Assembly: GCA_036653535.1 (NCBI GenBank)
Contig: JAVVTR010000002.1
Location: forward strand, 71,837 to 135,836
Source: Bacteroidales bacterium
GTDB lineage: Bacteria; Bacteroidota; Bacteroidia; Bacteroidales; P3
Direction of reading: 5' to 3'
Length of the DNA stretch: 64,000 nucleotides
The position numbers and the translations under genes were made by a program. The notes below the pieces were generated by a model that saw only the letters and a program-made list of their open reading frames with translations, was not told the DNA's origin and did no database searches. Below are positions 19,387-27,804 of the stretch, in pieces (within the stretch, counting starts at the first letter, position 1; each line of letters opens with the position of its first letter).

Positions 19387-19394
19387 CAAAGGTA
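19387..19394 (-). promoter_or_regulatory. candidate -7 box (TACCTTTG on the minus strand) for tig
   Basis: TAnnTTTG match 29 nt upstream of ATG 19358. Confidence 0.5.
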
Positions 19395-19452
19395 CATAAA
19401 TTCATATTAAAAAAAAACAGGGTCGGTATTTTGACAATCAGATTAAAATATA

Positions 19453-19460
19453 TAACTTTG
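19453..19460 (+). promoter_or_regulatory. candidate -7 box (TAACTTTG) for the T9SS-protein/fibre/ftsE unit
   Basis: TAnnTTTG match 25 nt upstream of ATG 19485. Confidence 0.5.
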
Positions 19461-19484
19461 TAAGAATATTACATGTGTAAATAA

Positions 19485-20024
19485 ATGAAAATAAGGATAT
19501 TATTCGTTTTGTTTTGTTTTTTAAACTATTTTTCTTGGAGTAGAGGGCAGAAAAGCGATTTTTCCATTTTAACGACAGCAGCAGGTTTAGATGTTATAAC
19601 AAGTTCCTCAGGGAAGCTTATTGGACAATGCTCTTGGACCATAGGAGAGCCAATTACAGAAACGTTTAGTGGATCAAAGAAACATCTTACTCAAGGCTTT
19701 GAGCAAGGAAAAGGATATATAAAAGATACGGTTCATATTTTTACCGGAAATGAAAAATCAGATATATTGTTTTCTATAACGATTTATCCCAATCCAACCC
19801 AAGATATATTGCATATACAGATAAAAACAGAAGAGCTTCTTTGTTCTTTGAATGTGACAGTATTAGATTCTTACGGCAGATGTATTTGGACAAGGCAAAA
19901 AGTAGGCTTGGATAACTTACGAGAAGTGGATGTTTCGAACTGGGAAAATGGGATTTATTTTTTGCGACTTTCTTTTTGCGAAGGGCGTGGAAGTAAAGTT
20001 TTTAGAATTATTAAAGTTAGTTAA
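19485..20024 (+). CDS. small secreted protein with a T9SS type-A C-terminal sorting domain
   Basis: 179 aa with a signal peptide. The N-domain contains WTIGEPITETFSG...LTQGFEQ. The C-terminal ~80 aa (ITIYPNPTQDILHIQ...DSYGRCIW...GIYFLRL...FRIIKVS) match the Por_Secre_tail pattern. Confidence 0.75.
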   Translation: MKIRILFVLFCFLNYFSWSRGQKSDFSILTTAAGLDVITSSSGKLIGQCSWTIGEPITETFSGSKKHLTQGFEQGKGYIKDTVHIFTGNEKSDILFSITIYPNPTQDILHIQIKTEELLCSLNVTVLDSYGRCIWTRQKVGLDNLREVDVSNWENGIYFLRLSFCEGRGSKVFRIIKVS

Positions 20025-20027
20025 AAT

Positions 20028-22652
20028 ATGAAAAGCAAAAACAAAACCTTGCTTTATTTGGTGTGGCTTTGCCTGCTGTCTTTGCCATTGGGCGCTTTCG
20101 CTCAAAATGACATTCCCTCTGCGATGAAATACCAGGCCGTATTACACGATTTAGAAGGAAATACTTTGGCTAATAAGTCGGATATAAATATACGTATTAG
20201 CATACGTAAGGAACAAGCAGATGGACCTATAGTTTATTCAGAAGATCATAAAGGCATTTCTACCAGTCCCTTTGGATTGGTCAATTTAGAAATTGGAAGA
20301 GGAATTTCTACTACGAACACCACTTTACAAAATATACCATGGGGACAGGGCCCTTTATACGTACAAATTGAAGTGGAATTTGACCATTTGGGATATACGC
20401 AAATGGGCAATTCTGAATTGCTTACAGTTCCTTATGCTTTTTATGCTGCCAATGCAGGGGCAAAAGAATGGTTGGGAAATTTATCGGATAATGTTTTGCC
20501 TAAATATAATGCTTCCGATGGGATTTTTGTTAACTCTGGAATTTCGCAGGAGGGGAGTAATTTGTATTTGAATGCATCTAAAATTACTTTTAAAAATGGA
20601 ACACAAGTCGCTTATAGTTTTCCTACTATAGTAGGAGACAAGGGGCAAACATTAACTCTGGTAGACGAGTTTGGTAATTTAGGATGGCGTAAGATAGAAG
20701 GAGGTGGAAGTGGTAGCAGTGCAAATTTTGATAGCTTAGGTACAGATGGTAATTTAGTGTTTTGGAACGATGTTAAGGGATTTTTGAAATCAGCACCGAT
20801 ATATTACGATTATTCCAATGCGGAAAATTTAGATTTTTTGGCTGGAACCAAATTCCGGATGCAAGGAAATTTGGAAACTTCAGGCGAGGTTGTGATTAAT
20901 GCTAATGGAAATCCTATTCAAATTAATGGCATAGTAAGTGGAATTAATAATTTAATGACGAATAGTTTAGATCAACAAAAAATATGGATGGGAAATAGGG
21001 ATAATAAAGCAGTACCTGTTCGTCTCTTTGGCGATTTATCTATAGATACGAATGGAAAAGTGACTGTAGTTAGACCTTCTTATACTTTAAATATTAAGCA
21101 GGATAGTGTGTTAATGGATAGTAATGGTATTGTTTCCCACAATAGAAAATTTTCCCTTCTTGATTATTTAGGGGTTTGGAAAGCGAGTGCAGATAAAAAA
21201 TATATTTATAACAATGGAAATTTTTCTCAAACTTATATAGGCATAGGAACTTCTACTCCTTTGGCTAAATTACATGTGGATAGTGCCTCCTTTTTGGTAA
21301 CATCCAAACTAAACGATAAGGAACCTTTGTCGATTAACGGAACAGGAGTGCGTTTGTTTTGGGCTGGAACCAAAGGGGCGCTACGGGCAGGAGGAGTTAG
21401 TGGAGATGCGTGGAATACCAGCAATGTGGGTTTGTATTCTGTGGGTTTAGGTTATGATGCAAAGGCCGTTGCCGACTATAATGTGGCTATAGGGTTTGCC
21501 GTAGAGGCTAATAAAAAAAACGGAGTAGCCATTGGTCAAAATCTTACGGTAGATGCGCCTCAATCTTTTGCTATAGGTTATAATTCCCAAATAACCTCTG
21601 TAGCAGGTACCGATGCTTTTTCTATTGGATTTGGTAATCGTGTCAGCGAATCTTATACGATGAGTGTAGGGAGTAATATAGACAATTCCGCTTCTTATGG
21701 TTTGGCTTTTGGTAACAATTTAACGGTTTCCGGTAAAAAGGCTATAGCTATTGGAATAGGAGATGATCCAGCGACAAGACAAGATTTGAATGCAGGTGGA
21801 GAAAACAGTGTAGCAATAGGCCATAATGTTATCACTAAAGGGAAATCCAGTATAGTAATAGGCGATGAGTCTAAAAATGAGCCACCAGTAGGAAGTGTGA
21901 TAGCTGTGAACAAATCTATTGTTATTGGATCTCATGCCATTTCGGAGGGAGAAACCTCTATTACCTTAGGGGTAAACACAAAGAATGCAGGATCATCCTC
22001 TTTCTTATTGGGTATTGGAGATGGAGGAACTACTATTTCTACTAATACAGAGGCTGCATTTGGTTCCGTTAACATTGGATTTGGAAATCAAAATTTGGAA
22101 GGACAAACGATATCTATAGGATCTTTAATAACAAATAACACCCCTAATACTATAGTGTTAGGAACTGCTAATATCCCTGCAGGGTATAATACAGTGAATC
22201 CTCTTTTAGTATTGGCCCAACAAGCAAATGTATTTGAATTTTCAACAACAGGAGACATTTATACTGCAGGTAATATCATAAACCCATCCGATATACGCTT
22301 GAAAAAAGATATAAATCCATTGTCGTTTAATTTAGCTTATTTAGATTCTATATTACCGGTGAGTTACCGCTATAAATCCGATAAGCAGAACAAACTTAGA
22401 TTTGGATTTATTGCTCAGGAAATTAAAAAATATTACCCCTCTTTAGTAGAGGAAAATGCCAAAGGATATTTGTCTTTAAATTACACGAATTTTATTCCGA
22501 TTTTATGGCAGTATACGCAAGGATTGTATCTTCAATATCAAAAGGCACAAAAAGTAATCAAAGATCAAGAGAATAAGCTTCAACAACAGCAAGAACAGAT
22601 CCGTAAGTTGGAAGCAGATATGGCAATAATAAAAGCAAAAATTGGATTGTAA
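20028..22652 (+). CDS. tail-fibre domain-containing protein (YadA/Hep_Hag-like repeats plus a C-terminal peptidase S74 intramolecular chaperone domain)
   Basis: 874 aa with a signal peptide (LSLPLGAFA/QN). The centre holds many xxA(I/V)Gxx(N/S) repeats. The C-terminus has SDIRLKKDI...RFGFIAQEIKKYYP...LNYTNFIPIL followed by a Q-rich coiled coil. The gene starts 3 nt after the previous gene, and its stop overlaps the ftsE start. Confidence 0.8.
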   Translation: MKSKNKTLLYLVWLCLLSLPLGAFAQNDIPSAMKYQAVLHDLEGNTLANKSDINIRISIRKEQADGPIVYSEDHKGISTSPFGLVNLEIGRGISTTNTTLQNIPWGQGPLYVQIEVEFDHLGYTQMGNSELLTVPYAFYAANAGAKEWLGNLSDNVLPKYNASDGIFVNSGISQEGSNLYLNASKITFKNGTQVAYSFPTIVGDKGQTLTLVDEFGNLGWRKIEGGGSGSSANFDSLGTDGNLVFWNDVKGFLKSAPIYYDYSNAENLDFLAGTKFRMQGNLETSGEVVINANGNPIQINGIVSGINNLMTNSLDQQKIWMGNRDNKAVPVRLFGDLSIDTNGKVTVVRPSYTLNIKQDSVLMDSNGIVSHNRKFSLLDYLGVWKASADKKYIYNNGNFSQTYIGIGTSTPLAKLHVDSASFLVTSKLNDKEPLSINGTGVRLFWAGTKGALRAGGVSGDAWNTSNVGLYSVGLGYDAKAVADYNVAIGFAVEANKKNGVAIGQNLTVDAPQSFAIGYNSQITSVAGTDAFSIGFGNRVSESYTMSVGSNIDNSASYGLAFGNNLTVSGKKAIAIGIGDDPATRQDLNAGGENSVAIGHNVITKGKSSIVIGDESKNEPPVGSVIAVNKSIVIGSHAISEGETSITLGVNTKNAGSSSFLLGIGDGGTTISTNTEAAFGSVNIGFGNQNLEGQTISIGSLITNNTPNTIVLGTANIPAGYNTVNPLLVLAQQANVFEFSTTGDIYTAGNIINPSDIRLKKDINPLSFNLAYLDSILPVSYRYKSDKQNKLRFGFIAQEIKKYYPSLVEENAKGYLSLNYTNFIPILWQYTQGLYLQYQKAQKVIKDQENKLQQQQEQIRKLEADMAIIKAKIGL

Positions 22653-23335
22653 TGGAATGGCAGAATCAGGCGGTAATAGTAGCCCAAAATTTGGATGTAT
22701 ATCAAAAAAAAGTAAGAATATTATCGGATGTAAATCTTCAGATAAATAGAGGAGAATTCGTGTACTTAATTGGTAAAACAGGAACAGGAAAAAGTTCGTT
22801 ATTGCGAACTTTTTACGCAGATATCCCTGTTTCTAAGGGAGAGGCGCAAATTGCAGGTTTTGATTTGTTGAAATTAAAGCAAAGGGAAATACCTTATTTG
22901 CGTAGAAAATTAGGTATTGTTTTTCAAGATTTCCAATTGTTAATAGATAGGAATGTGTACGACAATCTTGCCTTTGTTTTAAAAGCAACGGAATGGAAAG
23001 ATAAGCAGCAAATGGATCTTAAAATACAAGAGGTTTTAGACAAGGTTAACATGGGAACACAAGCCTATAAAATGCCATATCAATTATCGGGTGGAGAACA
23101 GCAGCGATTGGCTATAGCCAGGGCTTTGTTAAACGATCCGGAAGTGATTTTAGCCGATGAACCTACCGGTAATTTAGATCCAGATACCTCGGAAGAAATT
23201 ATAAAATTGCTAATTAATATCAGTAAAACTGGTTGTGCGGTTTTAGTTGCTACGCACGATTTTATTATGATTAGTAAATATCCCTCTCGAATATTACTTT
23301 GTGATTCGGGAAAAATTCTTCACGAACAACTATAA
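22652..23335 (+). CDS. ftsE: cell division ATP-binding protein FtsE
   Basis: Walker A is GKTGTGKSS, and LSGGEQQRLAIARAL and ILADEPTGNLD are present. The FtsE-specific stretch REIPYLRRKLGIVFQDFQLLIDRNVYDNLAF is close to the E. coli FtsE sequence as I recall it. No ftsX is adjacent. Confidence 0.82.
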   Translation: MEWQNQAVIVAQNLDVYQKKVRILSDVNLQINRGEFVYLIGKTGTGKSSLLRTFYADIPVSKGEAQIAGFDLLKLKQREIPYLRRKLGIVFQDFQLLIDRNVYDNLAFVLKATEWKDKQQMDLKIQEVLDKVNMGTQAYKMPYQLSGGEQQRLAIARALLNDPEVILADEPTGNLDPDTSEEIIKLLINISKTGCAVLVATHDFIMISKYPSRILLCDSGKILHEQL

Positions 23336-25575
23336 AAGCGAATTAAATTTAAGGCGTTTGTTTGGTTGGAAAATTTGTTGTCTAAAATAGCCTTTCTGTG
23401 TTTTATTTCTTGCATGGAAAAAGTTTGAGACATAAGTTGGACAACCATCTTTTGCAATTCCTCGGGGGTGTCGGCTCTATAGCAGAGTTCTTCTAAATTA
23501 GACCCATATAACATATCTCGGTTACAAATTACAAATTTCCCATTAAAAAGAGAGGCTAATAATTTTAATTTTAGGCCATTGGGGTTAAAACTAAATAATA
23601 GGTGTATGTGTGCTTGTTGCCTTAAGCGTGTCATTTCTTTTTCGTCAGGACTATCATAAAGACATACTCTTGGATATTGTTGGCATGCGAGTTTTAAACG
23701 TGGAGAAGGTTTCTTCCCGGCAAAAACAAGTGGATATGGTAAATCTTTCAATGCGTCTAAAAGATAAAAAGCAACTTTCTCGTTAGAGGAAACAGAAAGG
23801 TCTCCATGAAATAACAAGAAGGGGGAAAGATCTTGGCTGCATTCTATTTCTACCTTTTCGGATGGATGAAACGCATTTAATAATTCTACTTTATTTTCAG
23901 GAAATTTCTTTTTATAATATTCTGCATCTTTGATAGAAATTGGAAGAATAACATTCGCTCTTTTTATTTTTTTTTCAAAAAATTTTAGACGAAAAGATTC
24001 TATGGCAAAATAAAATTTGGGGATCCATCTTTTTTCGTCTGTACATAAGTTTTTATAATATAAATGCTCAATATTACAGGGGCGTAGGAGGATAAATCGA
24101 TTAGACAATTTTTGGTTTCCAATAAATCCACTATCGTGGTGTCCTTCCATAAGAATAGGATCTCGATCTTTTAGTAAATTTATTAATAAGTCTCGATGCA
24201 TACGGCTTTTCACTATGTAAGGGGTGAGGCCAAAAGCAGTAAAAGCGGAACGACGAGGATAGTAATAAATTTTTTTACAATATTTTTCTAATTCTTGTGC
24301 TTTTTCCCTGTTGTATAAAAAGCAGTGCAGTGTAATTTGAACTCCACATTCGGAAAGGGCTTTGAGTTTGTAAAAGACGTCAATAACCCCTCCATAATTG
24401 GCCGGATAAGGCACATTGAAAGCGATAATATGCAAATGATTTGGCGTTGTATCATAGCCTTTTTCTATGATATTTAACAGCTTTTTTTCTTCTTGATCCC
24501 AACATAGTTCCTTCTTCGCCAAAAAGGTGTTTTTTCTATAGGTTTCCATTTTCTCTTTTTGGGAAATCATATTGATAATTTGTTGGGCTATTTTTTGAGG
24601 ATCATGGTCTTGTATATATTCACCTACAGAAAAACGATCCACTATTTTTTTTATTTCTACAAGAGGACTAACTAATACTGGAATACCGCACCGAATATAG
24701 TCAAAAAGTTTATTTGGAAGACAATATTTGTAGTTTAAATTGCTGTCTTTTTCTATGCTTAGTCCTATGGTGGCATGGAGAGTATATGCTTGTAAATCGA
24801 AAGGAGAAATTGCACCTAAAAAAATAACTTTTTTTTCTAATTTTTTGTCTGCTACTCTTTTTTTTAGATCCTCTAATATATCTCCTTTTCCCGCAATTAC
24901 CAATGAAGTAGAGGTGATAAATTCCATAGCATCTATAATCTCTTCTAAACCTCTATCCACATTAACTGCCCCTTGATAAAGGATATATGGTGAGTTTAGG
25001 CTTATAGGCTTATTTTGACAGTTTTCCGATGATTTTGCTGAGCTGTGTAGGTCGCCCAATAAAGGAACGTTGCGAATAGTAAAAACAGGAATGTGATATT
25101 TTTCGGTATAAATCTTGGCAATAGAATCACATACGGTAATAGCGAAGTTTAATTTCGGAAAAATATATTTTTCTAAACGTTCCCAAACTTTTTTTGCAAA
25201 TAAATTGCTTTGTAATTCCGGTACTTCGGTAAAGTATTCATGGCTGTCGTAATACAAGGGAATCCTTTTTATTTTATGAACTAAAAAATTAGGGAAAAGA
25301 ATATCTAAATCGTTGGCATATAGAGCATCGGAAGAATGAAATAATAAATAAAAAAAAAGGCGAATTTGTAGTTCTGCATAGTAATACACTTCTTTTTGAA
25401 AAAACATAGTTAGGCGATGAGTTTTAAAATCGGAGGTGCGAAATGCTAAACTATTTGGACGTTTTATGCCTATAACTTTTACTTCAAAATTGCTATTAGA
25501 AAAAGTGTGTGCAATTTTTTGAACCCGCATGTCTGTGGTGATATCGTCGCTAACAGAAATAATTATTTTTTTCAT
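23320..25575 (-). CDS. two-domain glycosyltransferase (N-terminal GT4-like half plus a second GT-B-like half)
   Basis: 751-aa ORF. The first half contains ILYQGAVNVDRGLEE...LVIAGKG...NKLFDYIRCGIPVLVS (GT4-like). The second half (HIIAFNVPYPANYGGVIDVF...) resembles a separate GT-B glycosyltransferase. A TATCTTTG box lies 17 nt upstream. The 3' end overlaps the ftsE 3' end by 16 nt. Confidence 0.72.
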   Translation of the reverse strand: MKKIIISVSDDITTDMRVQKIAHTFSNSNFEVKVIGIKRPNSLAFRTSDFKTHRLTMFFQKEVYYYAELQIRLFFYLLFHSSDALYANDLDILFPNFLVHKIKRIPLYYDSHEYFTEVPELQSNLFAKKVWERLEKYIFPKLNFAITVCDSIAKIYTEKYHIPVFTIRNVPLLGDLHSSAKSSENCQNKPISLNSPYILYQGAVNVDRGLEEIIDAMEFITSTSLVIAGKGDILEDLKKRVADKKLEKKVIFLGAISPFDLQAYTLHATIGLSIEKDSNLNYKYCLPNKLFDYIRCGIPVLVSPLVEIKKIVDRFSVGEYIQDHDPQKIAQQIINMISQKEKMETYRKNTFLAKKELCWDQEEKKLLNIIEKGYDTTPNHLHIIAFNVPYPANYGGVIDVFYKLKALSECGVQITLHCFLYNREKAQELEKYCKKIYYYPRRSAFTAFGLTPYIVKSRMHRDLLINLLKDRDPILMEGHHDSGFIGNQKLSNRFILLRPCNIEHLYYKNLCTDEKRWIPKFYFAIESFRLKFFEKKIKRANVILPISIKDAEYYKKKFPENKVELLNAFHPSEKVEIECSQDLSPFLLFHGDLSVSSNEKVAFYLLDALKDLPYPLVFAGKKPSPRLKLACQQYPRVCLYDSPDEKEMTRLRQQAHIHLLFSFNPNGLKLKLLASLFNGKFVICNRDMLYGSNLEELCYRADTPEELQKMVVQLMSQTFSMQEIKHRKAILDNKFSNQTNALNLIRFYSCS

Positions 25576-25591
25576 ACGGAAAATTTCTATG

Positions 25592-25599
25592 CAAAGATA
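25592..25599 (-). promoter_or_regulatory. candidate -7 box (TATCTTTG on the minus strand) for the two-domain glycosyltransferase
   Basis: TAnnTTTG match 17 nt upstream of ATG 25575. Confidence 0.45.
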
Positions 25600-25828
25600 G
25601 TGAAAAATTGGAGTTTGAAAGATTTTTATTAGATAAATTTAGACTGTTGCTTTTTTTATAAAAAATGCTGAATGGTACCATTTTATTATGCTTTCCATAG
25701 CATACAAAAAATACTATTTGCTTGTTTTTTGATGAGAAAATAAACTACTGTAAAATTAAAATTAAAAATTGTTGAAACTATTGTTTATAAATAACTGATA
25801 AAACCACATATACAATATATATAGTTTT

Positions 25829-25836
25829 TAATTTTG
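25829..25836 (+). promoter_or_regulatory. candidate -7 box (TAATTTTG) for the debrancher/GT4/GH57 operon
   Basis: TAnnTTTG match 28 nt upstream of ATG 25864. Confidence 0.5.
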
Positions 25837-25863
25837 CAGCAATAGCTATAAAATACTATATAA

Positions 25864-27804
25864 ATGCAGAAACTTTTCTTGGATAAAATTCAACTTACTA
25901 ATTTGGAATATTCTTTAGGGAAAGAAGTATTGTGTGTAGGGGAAAATGGTTGTTATATGTCTACCACCTCTGCGTGTTGTAATACACGAAAATACCATGG
26001 TCTTTATGTGTGTCCACAACCCAATTTAGGACAAGATAATTTTGTTTTTCTTTCTCAAATAGAAGAAACGATTTCTCAACAAGGAAGAGATTTTCATCTT
26101 GGAGTGCAAAAATATGTTGGAGAAGTTTATGAACCTAAGGGGCATAAATATTTAGAAAAAATGGAATTGGATCCACATCCTTGTTGGACCTATCGTGTGG
26201 GGGGCGTTCTTTTTCGAAAAGAAATTATTATTCATCCAACTCAAAATAGATTATTTATAAAATACACCTTGTTGGATGCTCACTCTAGCACTCTGTTAAA
26301 AGTTAAACCTTTTACCAGTTTTCGAAATGCTCATCAATTAACTATTCAGAACGATGCGGCTTGTACGCATGTGCAAATATTAAAAGACGGCATTAAAACT
26401 CAAATGTATTCTGCTTTTTCAGATTTATATATTCAATGTTCTGCTCCCTGTGAATTTATAGCGCAAGCAGATTGGTATCATCACATAGAATATCTAAGAG
26501 AAAAAGAAAGAGGGTATGATGCTTGGGAGGATCTGTTTACGCCAGGGGAATTTTTATTATCTTTGACCGTTAATCAGCCGGTTTATTTTTCGGTAGGTTT
26601 ATCTTTACTAAAGGAAAATTTTTCATATGATTTGCTTTTTGAAGAGGCAAAAAGTAACTTATTGCCAGCGGTCAATATGGAAAATTGTTTACAAAATGCG
26701 GCTCGTAATTTTATAGTTAAAAAAGGTAAAAGAGTACAACTTATAGCTGGATATCCATGGTTCGGTTCTTGGGGAAGGGATACCTTTATTGCTTTACCTG
26801 GTTTAACTTTAGCAACGGGACACGAAACAGAATGCTTGGAAATACTTAGAAGTATGATTGCCGATCAAAGAGGTGCCTTGTTTCCCAATCTTGGTTATGG
26901 TGAATATTCGGCTTATAATTCCGTAGATGCTCCTCTATGGTTTATTTGGGCGGTTCAGCAATATGCTTACCATACCGGGCGCATTCAAAAGGTTTGGCGG
27001 GAATTTGGTTCTTCCATTAAAGAGGTTATCCAAGGTTATAAAAGCGGGTCTCTTTTTGGAATTCATATGCAAGAGAATGGATTAATTTATGCCGGGGAAG
27101 ATGGTAAAGCGTTGACATGGATGGATGCTATGGTTCATGGAAAACCTGTAACGCAGAGAATGGGAATGCCTGTGGAAATAAATGCACTTTGGTATAATGC
27201 AATAATGTTTGCAATAGAAGCCTCTCGTTTAAACAAAGAAAAGGAATTTGAAGCAGAATGGGATGCGTTGATGAAAAATTTTCCAGAGGTATTTAAAGCT
27301 TGTTTTTGGGATAAAAGCAAAGGATATTTGGCAGATGTAGTAAAAGATAGTTATAAAGACTGGTCTTTGAGGCCCAACCAAATCATAGCAGCCTCTTTGC
27401 CTTATTCTCCTATTAGTGAAAAGATAAAGCAGTTGGTGGTAGAAAAAGTAAAACACGTTTTACTTACTTCCAAAGGCTTAAGAACATTGACGCCATTAGA
27501 TGTGAATTACGAAGGAACCTATGCGGGAGATCAGTCTTCTCGTGACACTTGCTATCACCAAGGTACGGTGTGGGTTTGGTTATTGGGTCATTTTGCAGAA
27601 GCTTATTTACGAGTTTATGGTAAAGAAGGGAAAACGTATGTGCGTAAATTGTATATGGGTTTTGAAAGTGCATTATCGGAATTATGTATGGGAAGTGTAG
27701 CGGAAATATACGATGGAGATCCTCCTCATAAAGCCAAAGGTGCCGTTTCCCAAGCTTGGAGTGTGTCAGAATTATTAAGAATAAAGTATTTATTAGATCA
27801 ATGA
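25864..27804 (+). CDS. glycogen debranching enzyme (amylo-alpha-1,6-glucosidase, GH133-type with an N-terminal debrancher domain)
   Basis: 646 aa. NTRKYHGL lies near the N-terminus. GYPWFGSWGRDTFIALPGL, DAPLWFIWA and HQGTVWVWLLGHF are typical of the (alpha/alpha)6 amylo-1,6-glucosidase domain. Confidence 0.85.
   Translation: MQKLFLDKIQLTNLEYSLGKEVLCVGENGCYMSTTSACCNTRKYHGLYVCPQPNLGQDNFVFLSQIEETISQQGRDFHLGVQKYVGEVYEPKGHKYLEKMELDPHPCWTYRVGGVLFRKEIIIHPTQNRLFIKYTLLDAHSSTLLKVKPFTSFRNAHQLTIQNDAACTHVQILKDGIKTQMYSAFSDLYIQCSAPCEFIAQADWYHHIEYLREKERGYDAWEDLFTPGEFLLSLTVNQPVYFSVGLSLLKENFSYDLLFEEAKSNLLPAVNMENCLQNAARNFIVKKGKRVQLIAGYPWFGSWGRDTFIALPGLTLATGHETECLEILRSMIADQRGALFPNLGYGEYSAYNSVDAPLWFIWAVQQYAYHTGRIQKVWREFGSSIKEVIQGYKSGSLFGIHMQENGLIYAGEDGKALTWMDAMVHGKPVTQRMGMPVEINALWYNAIMFAIEASRLNKEKEFEAEWDALMKNFPEVFKACFWDKSKGYLADVVKDSYKDWSLRPNQIIAASLPYSPISEKIKQLVVEKVKHVLLTSKGLRTLTPLDVNYEGTYAGDQSSRDTCYHQGTVWVWLLGHFAEAYLRVYGKEGKTYVRKLYMGFESALSELCMGSVAEIYDGDPPHKAKGAVSQAWSVSELLRIKYLLDQ

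Noticed and set aside
19359-19397. Extended trigger factor start (MYLCSLIFKTIIY...).
   Set aside because: A TAnnTTTG box lies inside the extension. Trigger factor homology begins at MNISRENVG.
19485-23335. Tail-fibre gene as evidence of a prophage or phage-tail-like particle.
   Set aside because: No other phage, tailocin or contractile-injection genes (sheath, tube, baseplate, terminase, capsid, integrase) occur in the 64 kb. The flanks are core genes (tig, ftsE). The protein has a Sec signal peptide, which structural phage proteins normally lack.
22652-23335. The ABC ATPase as a dedicated exporter component for the fibre.
   Set aside because: The sequence closely follows FtsE along its length, including the FtsE-typical REIPYLRRKLGIVFQD...DRNVYDN stretch. 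No permease gene is adjacent. The coupling to the fibre gene is therefore reported as unexplained, not as an export system.
27756-27800. Extended GT4 start (MECVRIIKNKVFIRS...).
   Set aside because: It overlaps the end of the debranching enzyme gene by 49 nt. ATG 27801 gives the canonical MKVLMFGWEFPP N-terminus and an ATGA stop/start overlap.
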